From Octopus sinensis (lineage: Eukaryota), in the NCBI RefSeq assembly GCF_006345805.1, contig NC_043002.1:98270001-98334000 (forward strand): a DNA stretch of 64,000 nt. The letters are read 5' to 3'. Each line of letters opens with the position of its first letter. Positions within the stretch are counted from its first letter, which is position 1. Below, in pieces: positions 37,555 to 49,015 of this stretch. The notes under the pieces are model-generated. The model saw only the letters and a list, made by a program, of their open reading frames with translations, ran no database searches and was not told the DNA's origin. Made by a program: the position numbers and the translations under genes.

Positions 37555-37744
37555 TATTATAGGCATATAACCTGAATTGCTTCGTAACTACAAGGCATCT
37601 GGTTTTCGATCCTACTGTAAGTATTCTTGGGTGAAAATGTCCTTTTCTATATTATAGGCATATAACCTGAATTGCTTCGTAACTACAAGGCATCTGGTTT
37701 TCGATCCTACTGTAAGTATTCTTGGGTGAAAATGTCCTTTTCTA
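37555..37744. repeat. Perfect 2 x 95-bp tandem duplication
   Basis: Unit tattataggcatataacc...aatgtccttttcta at 37555 and 37650. Confidence 0.95.
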
Positions 37745-37993
37745 TATACCCTCGGGTCGATCCATTTGACTCTCCCAATAATCAATCAACTGATATACGT
37801 CTGAATAAAAGACTACAGCAGAACGAAATGATTTTTTTTTTAACTGCAAGTGAGTAATAATGCAGTAGTTGATTGGTGCAGTTTCCTGAAAGATGTGGGC
37901 AACACTTGGAGACTCATTCATAGCAACCCAATGAATTGGATGATGCAGGATGTCCCGTTAGTCTGGAAGTAGACGAACCCAGATATATACATT

Positions 37994-38223
37994 AAGGCGG
38001 CGAGCTGGCAGAAACGTTAGCACGCTCGGCGAAATGCTTAGCGATATTTCGTCTGCCGTTACGTTCTGAGTTCAAATTCCGCCGAGGTCAACTTTGCCTT
38101 TCATCGTTTCCGGGTCGATAAATTAAGTACCAGTTACGCACTGGGGTCGATGTAATCGACTTAATCCCTTTGTCTGTCCTTGTTTGTCCCCTCTGTGTTT
38201 AGCCCCCTGTGGGTAGTAAAGAA
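37994..38223 (+). mobile_element. SINE family C monomer, 11-bp TSD
   Basis: TSD atatatacatt at 37983-37993 and 38224-38234. Confidence 0.93.
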
Positions 38224-38423
38224 ATATATACATTGGGAATATCATCGAAAAGAGTGGCACGAAGGGCAGTGAGTACTCGGTGCACAAGAACGGTGTACAG
38301 GTAAACGCTGTCCGATTGAGGTCTTCGATCGCATTCGCGAAACGCGTTGGTTCAAGCATTGGGTATTCCCAGATACCTGCTTGATATCCCGTGGGTGGGC
38401 TTCCTGTATGGGTTTAGGCAACT

Positions 38424-38790
38424 TCTGTTTTATCTGTTACTTGCTTCTGTCATTAGGCTGCTGCCATGCTGGAGTACCGCCTTGAAAAAGTTTTAGTCGA
38501 ATGACTCGACCCCAGTATGTACTTTGAAGGCCTGGTATTTATTCTATCGGTTCTATTGCTGAATCGCTCAGTTACAGGAACGTAAACACACCAACACTGG
38601 TTGTCAATTGGTGGCGGAACACACAAGCACGCGTGCGCGCTTATATACGACGGGTTTCTTTTAGTTTCCGTTTGCCAAATCCACTCACAAAGCTTTGGTA
38701 AGCCTTGGGCTATAGTAGAAGACATTTGCCTAAGGTGCTACGCAGAGGGACTTAAACCCGGAATCATGCGGTTAGAAAGCAAACTTCTTA
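38424..38790 (-). mobile_element. SINE family A, older copy
   Basis: gccatgctggagtaccgcc...ccaaatccactcacaaagc...aaacccggaatcatgcgg. Confidence 0.8.
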
Positions 38791-39111
38791 GATCCAAACG
38801 ATTACAGCATCCATACACAGACTACAGAGGGCCCATGAGAGGTAATTGGGCGACAACGAAGGACTACTGACGCTTCATTTACATAATTCCTTCATGAGTA
38901 TAAGTCGGAAGCAAATTTAGAGAACGTCAAAAACTATTCACGAACCTCATTTCATGCATCAATGACTCTCATGTTTTCTTGTAATTGTTATTGTTTTCTT
39001 ATGCAAAATATCTGTACGGTTTACATGTTATATAAAATATATGTACCAGGGCTTCCATACATTGGTTTTGTCATATTGTTTACATAAAGTTATGAGATGT
39101 CATCCTCGTCA

Positions 39112-39500
39112 GTGGAGGCGCAATGGCCCAGTGGTTAGGGCAGCGGACTCGCGGTCGTAGGATCGCGGTTTCGATTCCCAGACCGAGCGTTGTGAGTGTT
39201 TATTGAGCGAAAACACCTAAAGCTCCACGAGGCTCCGGCAGGGATGGTGGTGATCCCCGCTGTACTCTTTCACCACAACTTTCTCTCACTCTTACTTCCT
39301 GTTTCTGTTGTACCTGTATTTCAAAGGGCCGGCCTTGTCACTCTCTGTATCACGCTGAATATCCCCGAGAACTACGTTAAGGGTACACGTGTCTGTGGAG
39401 TGCTCAGCCACTTGCACGTTAATTTCACGAGCAGGCTGTTCCGTTGATCGGATCAACTGGAACCCTCGTCGTCGTAACCGACGGAGTGCTTCCATCCATC
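39112..39500 (+). mobile_element. SINE family B, 11-bp TSD
   Basis: TSD catcctcgtca at 39101-39111 and 39501-39511; tail (CCAT)n. Confidence 0.95.
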
Positions 39501-39747
39501 CATCCTCGTCATTTCCGATCAATTTTTCTTTTTAAGGATACTAGTCGGCATGTTAACCTACTTTGTGTGTGGGATGCTCAGCTATATATGCGTCAATGCA
39601 GGAGTTGGTTATTCAGTTGGTCGAAATACTGAATTCTCGTCGTCGAACGATCACCCGCGCGCATACACACAAAATGTTTGTATGTGTGTGTTCCCGTTTA
39701 CACATACACACGATGATACACGTTTCCATCCATCCGTCCGTCCGTCC

Positions 39748-40191
39748 AGGCGAGTCTTGTCTAGCGAATTTTTCAGAAAAAAGATGGGTGAATGTAGCAA
39801 GGATGGCACGTATGAATAACGAAGCCACCTTGAGTATGATCCTATGAACCCGGAAAAATTTAAAACAGAGAGTTACTTACTTGCAAATAAATGTGTTAAC
39901 TTGTGACATTATTGACCGAGGTTACCGTGGTCTTTTCCGTAGGCTTTTCTTTCCACGGATAAACCTCATCTATTTCCCCCTTTACACTTTATATCATAAC
40001 ATTTCTGTGATACACGATCCCTATTGATCGATATTTTTTCTTTTTGCTTTCCTCTTTCTATTTCCTTTTTCTTTTTTACGATCCCTTTTGATCGAAAACC
40101 TACCCCCTTTTTTTCTCCCCCAAAAGAAAAGCTCTACCTTGTAATTTGTTCCGTCTGTGTGCAGCCCTGTGTGGCTAATAAAGAACCATAT
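39748..40191 (+). mobile_element. LINE family D 3' end (ORF2 C-terminus + 3'UTR + AATAAA), Tx1/L1-like
   Basis: Coding remnant ...KRWVNVARMARMNNEATLSMIL* (stop 39845-39847), then a UTR shared with 46281-46619 and 501-682. Clade assignment is an inference from the F..RW-type C-terminus and UTR layout. Confidence 0.75.
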
Positions 40192-40763
40192 CTATCTCTC
40201 CCTCCATCTATCTATCTATCCGTCTACCTATCTATCTATCTATCTCTGTCTATCCATCCATCTATATCCATCCAACCATCTATCTATCTCTATGTATCTC
40301 TCTCTCCATCCATCCATCCATCCGCTGTGCCACCCTCTCTCAACACCTTCATTATCTTTATTTTACTGCAATATAACGAAAGAAACGAAACGCAACGCTC
40401 TATTCAACTAGGGGCTCCTTTACACTCGAGTTTGTTTCGATCACAACTCGTTACTTCTATGCTGAAAGGTAGATTAGAAAGAAAAAGAACAGAACAGTAA
40501 ATAAAGGTACGTAAAACGAAGTTTGTTCAAATCAGACATATTCAATGCACTTTTAAAACAACGCTAAGGTATAGTTTTATAGTAAATAGGATAGCCTAGG
40601 TGCTAAGATTTTTTTTTCTTTCCCTTTCTTTTTTTCCTACGTCTTCTCAGAGGCGGGATGGCAAACGATTTGTGATGTAAGGAATAGCGACCTAATTTTA
40701 GGAGCGAAGCTATCAAATTTCAAATGTAAATGAGCTGGTTCAGACCCTTCTTGCTATTGTTGA

Positions 40764-40808
<45 letters not shown>

Positions 40809-40901
40809 TCTTTTTTCCGTCTCGCTATTCTAATTGCTGTCTATTGTCGGTTATTGAAGTAATAATTAACAGGCGTTGTATTAATTAAAAATACATATAA
40901 T

Positions 40902-40964
40902 GGCGGTGCCCCAGCATGGCCACAGCTCATGAGCTGAAACTGGAAAAATCAAAAATCAAAAAAA
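40902..40964 (+). mobile_element. Short element E
   Basis: Matches 14121-14183; abuts a SINE A tail tail-to-tail. Confidence 0.75.
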
Positions 40965-41247
40965 TACTCTTTTACTCTTTTACTTGTTTTGACTGCGGCC
41001 AAGCTGGAGCACCGCCTTTAATCGAGCAACTCGACCCCGGGACTTATTCTTTTGTAAGCCCAGTACTTATTCTATCGGTCTCTTTTGCCGAACCGCTAAG
41101 TAACGGGGACATAAACACACCAGCATCGGTTGTCAAGCAATGCTAGGAGGACAAACACAGACACACAAACACACACAAACACACACACTCGCACATTTAT
41201 ATATACATATATACGACAGGCTTCTTTCAGTTTCTGTCTACCAAATC
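40965..41247 (-). mobile_element. SINE family A, 5'-truncated
   Basis: Tail (ctctttta)n through ccaaatcc. Confidence 0.9.
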
Positions 41248-41385
41248 CCCAATTTGTAAGGTAGAATAAAATGGCCTACAAGCCCCTGTGGGTTGAGAAA
41301 GAGGGTTCCAGCATTTCTTTTGGGGTGAGGCTTCAACTATTTACGGGCCCTTCTTTAACTCACCGGACATTAAATCAATAAGATT

Positions 41386-41455
41386 TTGTATGTATGTATA
41401 TATGTATGTATGTACGTATGTATGTACGTATGTACGTATGTACGTATGTACGTAC

Positions 41456-41505
<50 letters not shown>

Positions 41506-41616
41506 ATGTGTGTATGTGTGTATGTATGTATGTGTGTATGTGTGTATGTATGTATGTATGTATGTATGTATGTATGTATGTACGTACGTACGTACGTACG
41601 TACGTACGTACGTACA
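41386..41616. repeat. Compound (TATG/TACG/TG)n microsatellite
   Basis: Direct reading. Confidence 0.97.
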
Positions 41617-41639
41617 TATTGTTAATCCAAACATGAACA

Positions 41640-41815
41640 AAGAGACAACGCGAGGACGTGGAACAAGTATAGTGTTATTGGACGCTCAGGAAAGGAAAGA
41701 AAGGAGGATTTAACGTTTCGAGCGGAGCTCTTCGTCAGAAATAGAAAAAAAGGCAACGCCCAAGGAAGGGAAGACGGAGAAAGAAATACGCCAACGATAC
41801 ACACGCGGTCACATA
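41640..41815 (-). mobile_element. Probable Penelope-like element pLTR fragment
   Basis: Contains the hammerhead motif below in a purine-rich context; PLE assignment follows from the known HHR-PLE association. Confidence 0.55.
41708..41742 (-). ncRNA. Minimal type I hammerhead ribozyme motif
   Basis: AUUU-CUGACGA-A-GAGC-UCC-GCUC-GAAAC-GUU/AAAU: intact core boxes, 4-bp stem II, 4-bp stem I, palindromic ACGU stem III. Confidence 0.72.
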
Positions 41816-43070
41816 TTGAAAATATGTATGTATGTATAAAGACAGGCTTTTCTATCTACCAAATACAGTCACGTGACATTCGGAAATGGTTTCAAATTTA
41901 AGCACAAGTCCAGCAAACTTAGAAGGGGAGGTTAAGTTGATTATGTCGATATCGGTACTCGACTGGTATTTATTCGTATTTTATCGACCACAAAAGGCTG
42001 AAAAGCCAACGTCAACCTCAACGGTATTTGAACTCAGAATGTAATGAATGAATTAGAAGATATTACCTCACAACATTTTTTTTCGACACATAACTATCTT
42101 GTCAGCTCACCTCCCTCATATTAAGTAATGACATACTATCCAATATTTCAGTTTACTTTTAAGACAGTAGGGTGTAATTTAAGGAAGACTTAGCTGCTAT
42201 TTCTAGCAAGTCGAACAACCATGTTAAGCGCTCCCAATATATTTTGTATATAGTCACCGATAACTCAAAAGAAATTGCTTTGTTGTATAAAAGAATTGTA
42301 TTTACAATGTATTTCGTTTTCCGTGTAACTTATTTCATTTCTTTTCTTTTGAAAATTGCTGTGTCACGTACTTCATATTTAATAACTTGAGAAATAGCAT
42401 AACAATTTTTTTCAAGAAGCCACACACCAATTAAAAAAAAAAAAAAAAACCTAGACTCCGTTTGTTTCTGTGATACTAGAGTGAAGAATGGATGAAACAA
42501 CGAGCCGACAACAAAACCTTCAACGGCGATCACAAAAAATTTTTAGCTAATTCTCCCTCACAACGTACACCACTGTTTGTACAGAAGTTGGAGCATCACG
42601 TTACATATAGACCTAGATATCACTAAAAAGACGACATGACTTCGACCGGAACGTTTAGGTCAGACATACGAGGCTTCACTAACGCGACAAAACAAAAGCA
42701 CCAAATTTGGGTGTGCACGAGTATGATGCAGTCAGTGCTCAATACTTTTGAAATTATTTAATCAGCTATACTTCCTTATTTATGTGTCATTCTTTACCGA
42801 ACCGCTAAGATTTACAAGCACGTAAGCAAACTAACAACGGTTGTAAGGCGTCTGGCGTTGAAACACAGTCACCGGTTTCTGCAGTGTCTGTCTACTAAGT
42901 TCACTCACAAGGTATTGACCAGTATAAGTTTATTGTAGGAGACGCTTGCCAAAGGTGTCGCAAGTTGGGACTGAACCTGAAATCCCCTAGTTGCGAAGCC
43001 GACACCTTAGTCACATAACCAAGCTTACGCCTACGTTGCTAAATTCTTTCAAGCAATACTTTTCATACAC

Positions 43071-43459
43071 AGTGTGGAAGCACTCCATCGGTTACGACGA
43101 TGAGGGTTCCGGTTGATTCGAATCAACGGAACAGCCTGCTCGCGAAATTAACGTGTAAGTGGCTGAGCACTCCACAGACTCGTGCACCCTTAACGTAGTT
43201 CTCGGGGATATTCAGCGTGACACAAAGAGTGACAAGGCCGGCCCTTTGAAATACAGGTATAACAGAAACAGGAAGTAAGAGTGAGAGAAAGTTGGGGTGA
43301 AAGAGTACAGCAGGGATCACCACCATCCCCTGCCGGAGCGTCGTGGAGCTTTAGGTGTTTTCGCTCAATAAACACTCACAACGCCCGGTCTGGGAATCGA
43401 AACCGCGATCCTATGACCGCGAGTCCGCTGCCCTAACCACTGGGCCATTGCGCCCCCAC
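43071..43459 (-). mobile_element. SINE family B subfamily 2
   Basis: TSD tttcatacac at 43061-43070 and 43460-43469. Confidence 0.95.
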
Positions 43460-43479
43460 TTTCATACACTATCACGGTA

Positions 43480-43692
43480 CGAAAAGTGCTGGAAGTTCCT
43501 AGTTTTAAGGGTATCACAAAAGGCCCGGTTGGAGACCCAACCTTCTGAGTTCTTTTACAGGGCTCAGAAAAATTAAAGGACTCCTGCAATAAGTCTGAAT
43601 TTGAGAGCGGAATGTATCGAATAAAATCATAATTAACTGATACTCCTGTATTTTCTTTTGCCCAAAGCCAGATATTTTTTGGCACCCTTTCG
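43480..43692 (+). mobile_element. Decayed mariner deletion derivative
   Basis: TA-flanked imperfect TIRs (cgaaaagtgctggaagtt / ttttttggcaccctttcg); internal ttgagagcggaatgtatcgaataa reads LRAECIE*, like the mariner transposase terminus (..LRGEYVE*). Confidence 0.55.
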
Positions 43693-43867
43693 TATAATCG
43701 TGTTGTAATTCGTTTTTAAAAAAGTTCATCAATATGGTGTCTTTTTGTCATCCCGAAGCTCTTTTAGAATATTCTTGCACCAAAATTCAACTCGGGGAAA
43801 TTAATTCAAACCCGAAATTGGCTAGTTATCAACTCAATCACCTAGTTATGTCTTTCTAAGACTAAAC

Positions 43868-44256
43868 CGTGGAGGCGCAATGGCCCAGTGGTTAGGGCAG
43901 CGAACTCGCGGTCGTAGGATCGCGGTTTCGATTCCCAGACCGGGCATTGTGAGTGTTTATTGAGCGAAAACACCTAAAGCTTCACGAGGCTCCTGCAGGG
44001 GGTGGTAGTGATCCCTGCTGTACTCTTTCACCACAACTTTCTCTCACTCTTTCTTCCTGTTTCTGTTGTACCTGTATTTCAAGGGGCCGGCCTTGTCACT
44101 CTCTGTGTCACGCTGAATCTCCTCGAGAACTACGTTAAGGGTACACGTGTCTGTGGAGTGCTCAGCCACTTGCACGTTAATTCCACGAGCAGGCTGTTCC
44201 GTTGATCGTATCAGCTGGGACCCTCATCGTCGTAACCGACGGAGTGCTCCTATATA
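43868..44256 (+). mobile_element. SINE family B subfamily 1, 12-bp TSD
   Basis: TSD ctaagactaaac at 43856-43867 and 44257-44268. Confidence 0.95.
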
Positions 44257-44366
44257 CTAAGACTAAACAGCAACGGCGAAGATATCAACAATAATTCACC
44301 AACATCTTTCCAATACATTTGCAATTGGATGGCTTTGGGCCGAAATTTGAAACCAGTATATTGCAA

Positions 44367-44483
44367 GTGTCCTGCGATGGACTGGCTTCCCGTCCAGCTG
44401 GGTGGGGAACACATACGCCACAGAAACCGGGAAACCGGGTCCATGAGCCTGGCTAGGCTTGAAAAGGGCGACGTTTATCGTTT
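44367..44483 (+). mobile_element. 5'-truncated B2-type 3' end, 10-bp TSD
   Basis: ctgcgatggactgg...gctaggcttgaaaagggcg matches 63287-63384; TSD tatattgcaa at 44357-44366 and 44484-44493. Confidence 0.85.
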
Positions 44484-44500
44484 TATATTGCAATTGTTCA

Positions 44501-44900
44501 GGCGGCAAGTTGGCAGAATCGTTAGCACGCCAGACAAGATGCTAAGCGGTATTTCGTCCGTCTTTATGTTCTGAGTTCAAATTCCACTGAGGTCGACTTT
44601 GTCTTTCATCCTTTCGAGGTCGATAAATTAAGTACCAGTTACGCACTGGGGTCGATGTAATCGACTTAATACCTATGTCTGTCCTTGTTTGTCCCCTCTG
44701 TGTTTAGCCCATTGTGGGTAATAAAGAAATAGGTATTTCGTCCGTCTTAATGTTCTGAGTTCAAATTCCACTGGGGTCGACTTTGTCTTTCATCCTTTCG
44801 TGGTTGATGAAATAAGGACCAGTTGAGCAATGGGGTTGGTGAAATCGACTCGTACCCGCCCCCAAAATTGCTGACCTGGTGCCAAAATTTGAAACCGGTA
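44501..44900 (+). mobile_element. SINE C' with a C tail inserted and a 69-bp core duplication
   Basis: 44548-44616 repeated at 44732-44800. Confidence 0.88.
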
Positions 44901-44958
44901 TTAAAATACAAAAATAATATAAAATCATGTAAAAAATAATAAAACTCCGAGAAAGAAC

Positions 44959-44994
<36 letters not shown>

Positions 44995-45175
44995 CCTCCT
45001 TCTCTCCGTGGTTCTCTGTTTTTACTTCTTTACACCCGATCACAGATGTTTGTCTGGTTTAGAGTTTCGAAATCTACCTGCATGTAAAATAATCCGAGTA
45101 GATTTTACTCTTGTACCTACCTTCAACCTTGTAAACTGTTATAAAAACAAAAACAACAACAACACCAGCAAAGGC

Positions 45176-45209
<34 letters not shown>

Positions 45210-45602
45210 ACAAGAGCATCAACAACAAACAACGTTCGAAAGATGGGTAATAGATCATCTCAGTGAAATAGAAAAATTAGCGGAGAGGCTGTGATGATGC
45301 TGATGGAAGTAATGATATTCTTCTGGTGAAAGGAGGTAGCAAAAGGGGCTGATGATGTTAGCACCGGCAGACACAGATGGACAGACGTACGGATCCAGCG
45401 AAGTGCGTAATTCAAATTAATTTTCGTCAGACGGTATATATGGGAGCGCGTAAACATCTGCACCTATGGAGGGATGTGTGTATATGGATATGCGTTTCTG
45501 TATGGATGCGTGTGCGAGTATGGATGGATATATGTGATGCATGAGGCTGTGTTTTATATATGGCTGTGAGCCTATGAATATACGGAAGTGTGCGTGAGCG
45601 CG

Positions 45603-45635
<33 letters not shown>

Positions 45636-46280
45636 AAAATATATATATATATATACATGTAATGTACATACATACATAGATACACACACACGTGTGTGCA
45701 TGTTCGGATGGATATTTGTACATGCGTGTGGATAATGCGTTTGTATATATGATTGTAAGCGTATGGCGGTATGGATTATGTGCGTGCGCGTACATGGTTG
45801 CGTGTGCGTGGATGGATAGATGTATGTGTGTGCATATGGTTATGAGTGTGTATCTATATGGGTATGTGCGTATGTGTATATGTATATATGAAGCTATGTG
45901 TGTGTTTGGATAAGCATGCATGCGCGTGTATATGTGAATGTGTGCGGATGCGTTTATGTATGTGTCTGCATGTAGCTGTTGTAGAATTTGGTAACGTGCC
46001 AGCTGCAGGAGAGAAATCTTAAGAATTAAGGTATTCTTATGTGCTTCTGCTCCGGAGATTTAAAAAGCCATAACACAGCAAATTGTTTATAATTCTGCTG
46101 TCAGACATTTCGTGGTTGATGGAAGACAAAACGTATGTAGATGCATACATCATTGTGTGAACGTATGAAGGAATGGCGGTGGTTGTGGTGGGGTCTTCCG
46201 ACCTAAAACCACGACAATTGTAAGCTGGGTGTGTGTGTGTGTGTGTGTGTGTGCGCATCTATCTATCTATCTATCTATCT

Positions 46281-46619
46281 CCTGGAAAGTTTAAAACAGA
46301 GGGTTTCCTACTTGCAAACAAATGTGGTAATATGTAACAATATTGACCGAGGTTACCGTGGTCTTTTCCGTAGGCTTTTCTTCTCACGGATAAACCTTAT
46401 CTGCTTCCCCCTTTACACTTTACATCATGACACTGTGATACACGAACCCTATTGAAGTTTTTTTTTCTTTTGTTTCTTTCTCTTTTTTTTCTTCTTTCCC
46501 TTTTACGATCCCTTTTGATCGAGAACCGACCCCACTTTTTTCCCCCCAAAAAAGAAAAGCTCTACTTTGTAATCTGTCCCGTCTGTGCGCAGCCCTGTGT
46601 GGCTAATAAAGAAACATAT
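46281..46619 (+). mobile_element. LINE family D 3'UTR, 5'-truncated
   Basis: Aligns to 39850-40191; (ATCT)n on the 5' side (46257-46280) and ATCT/GTCT on the 3' side. Confidence 0.8.
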
Positions 46620-46629
46620 CTATCTGTCT

Positions 46630-46720
46630 GTTTGTCTGTCTGTCTGTCTTCTACTATAGCAGAGAGTCGACTGAAGCCTTGTGGGTGGATTTGGTTGACT
46701 GAAATTGAAAGAATCCCGTC

Positions 46721-46760
<40 letters not shown>

Positions 46761-47062
46761 TTGTGTCTGTGTTTGTTCCCCCACCATCGCTTGACAACCG
46801 TTGGTGGTGTGTTTACGTCCCCGTAACTTAGCGGCTCGACAACTTAGCGGTTGTCAAGTGATGGTGGGGGGGGACAAACACACACACATATATATACTTA
46901 TATACGACAGGCTTCTTTCGGGTTCCGTCTACCAAATCCACTCTCAAGGCTTTGGTCGGCCCGAGGCTATAGCAGAAGACATTTGCCCAAGGTGTCACAC
47001 AGTGGGACTGAACCCGGAACCATGTGGTTGGTAAGCAAGCTACTTATCACACAGCCACTCCT
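46630..47062. mobile_element. Two SINE A pieces in opposite orientation
   Basis: Plus-strand old copy 46630-46835 joined to a minus-strand copy 46850-47062. Confidence 0.8.
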
Positions 47063-47848
47063 ACGCCTATATTTGTTTACAAATATTGACAACACGTGCT
47101 ATTTTCAGGATGTTGACAAAATGTGAAGTCACACACAAAATGACAGCTTCCAAATCCTGTTACCTGACTAGGTGAAAATGATTACACTTTAAACCTCTAT
47201 AACTTTCTAAAAACATTTTTCTGGGGAAAAAAAAAATTAAGTAACACCAGCGATTCAATCCGAGTAAGTGTACTCTTGTGCCAAGTTTTTAAAGTTTTTG
47301 GTAAACTTTAATTTTTGAAATGCTTGTAGCCAAACCGATACTCTTGGTGTAAATTTTAACAATTTTGAAAACTAAAACTTATTAAAGAAAAAAAAAAGTG
47401 AAGAACAATTATATATTTAGCGTGACACTTTGACGCGCCCAGCCGCTCCCTTCGTAATATTACTTACAGCTTACCAATTTAATTGTTTAAACTTTTCTGC
47501 TTTTTATTTGTCAGCATTCTTGTTAACACCTCTCCGCTTTCTCCTCCCTCAAACATTTTTTCATTGTTCACTGCGTTCTTACTAACACCTATCCTCTCTC
47601 TCCTCATTTTCTTATTTCTGCATGCATCAATTCAACTGACCGCAGTCCTGCTACTAATTTTAATCGTACACTACTTCTTCTCACACTGTTCTGCTGCCAC
47701 CCTTTGGACACCACTTCTTCACTCCTTTCATTTTGTCGCATTCATTCTTGTGATTAAGAAGTTCACAACTACTTTTGCTGACGTATTGTCAGCATTTTTT
47801 TTTTTTTTTTTGTGGAGAGTCCTTACCCGACTAGTATAATACTTATTC

Positions 47849-48238
47849 CGTGGAGGCGCAATGGCCCAGTGGTTAGGGCAGCGGATTCGCGGTCATAGGA
47901 TCGCGGTTTCGATTCCCAGACCGGGCGTTGTGAGTGTTTATTGAGCGAAAACACCTAAAAGCTCCACGTGGCTCCGGCAGGGGATGGTGGTGATCCCTGC
48001 TGTACTCTTTCACCACAACTTTCTCTCACTCTTACTTCCTGTTTCTGTTGTACCTGTTTTTCAAGGAGCCGGCCTTGTCACTCTCTGTGTCACGCTGAAT
48101 ATCCCCGAGAACTACGTTAAGGGTGCACGTGTCTGTGGAGTGCTCAGCCACTTGCACGTTAATTTCATGAGCAGGCTGTTCCGTTGATTCGGATCAACCG
48201 GAACCCTCATCGTCGTAACCGACGGAGTGCTTCCATCC
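47849..48238 (+). mobile_element. SINE family B subfamily 2, 11-bp TSD
   Basis: TSD aatacttattc at 47838-47848 and 48239-48249. Confidence 0.95.
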
Positions 48239-48520
48239 AATACTTATTCTATGTTTATTATTTAATGTAGTCATTTCTCTTCAAATGTTTTGTATATGTA
48301 CGGTACTGTGTGTATTTAAAACATATTTTCATGCTTATAAACGGATATAGTAATTTATATTTTTTAAATATTTTTTCGAAAACAAAAAATATTTGGAATA
48401 TATCCTAATTTATAAATTGGAAGCCAACGGGAAAATACTTTGGGTTACAGAATTCCACATTACGGCAAGATTTTCAGAAACAGAGCGCTTCTGAAAAACA
48501 GAAGATGCCTGTATACATAG

Positions 48521-48920
48521 ACGTGGCTGTGTGGTAAGAAGCTTGCTTCCCAACCACATGGCTCTGGGTTCAGTCCCACTGTGTGGCACCTTGGGCAAGT
48601 GTCTTCTGCTATAGCCTCGGGCCGACCAAAGCCGTGTGAGTTGATTTGGTTGACGGAAACTGAAAGAAGCCTGTCGAATATATGTATATATATATATATA
48701 TTTGTGTGTATTTGTGGCTGTGTTTTCACCCTACCGCCGCTTGATGACCGGTGCTGGTGTGTTTATGTCTCCGTAACTTAACGGTTCAGCAAAAGAGGCT
48801 GACAGAATAAGTACTAGGCTTTAAAAAAAAGTCCTGGGATCGATTTGTGCGACTAAAACCCCTCAAGGCAGTGCCCCACTGTGGCCGCAGTCAAATTACT
48901 GAAACAAGAAAAAGAAAAAA
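48521..48920 (+). mobile_element. SINE family A, older full-length copy
   Basis: gtggctgtgtggtaagaagc...ggccgcagtcaaattactgaaacaag. Confidence 0.85.
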
Positions 48921-48979
48921 AAACGTCTAGGTGTGTATATACATGTATGTCCAGCTATGTGTCTGTATGTATATGTGAG

Positions 48980-49015
<36 letters not shown>

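Noticed and set aside
40024-40500. 158-aa ORF
   Set aside because: Spans the LINE D 3'UTR and its TATC tail; low-complexity.
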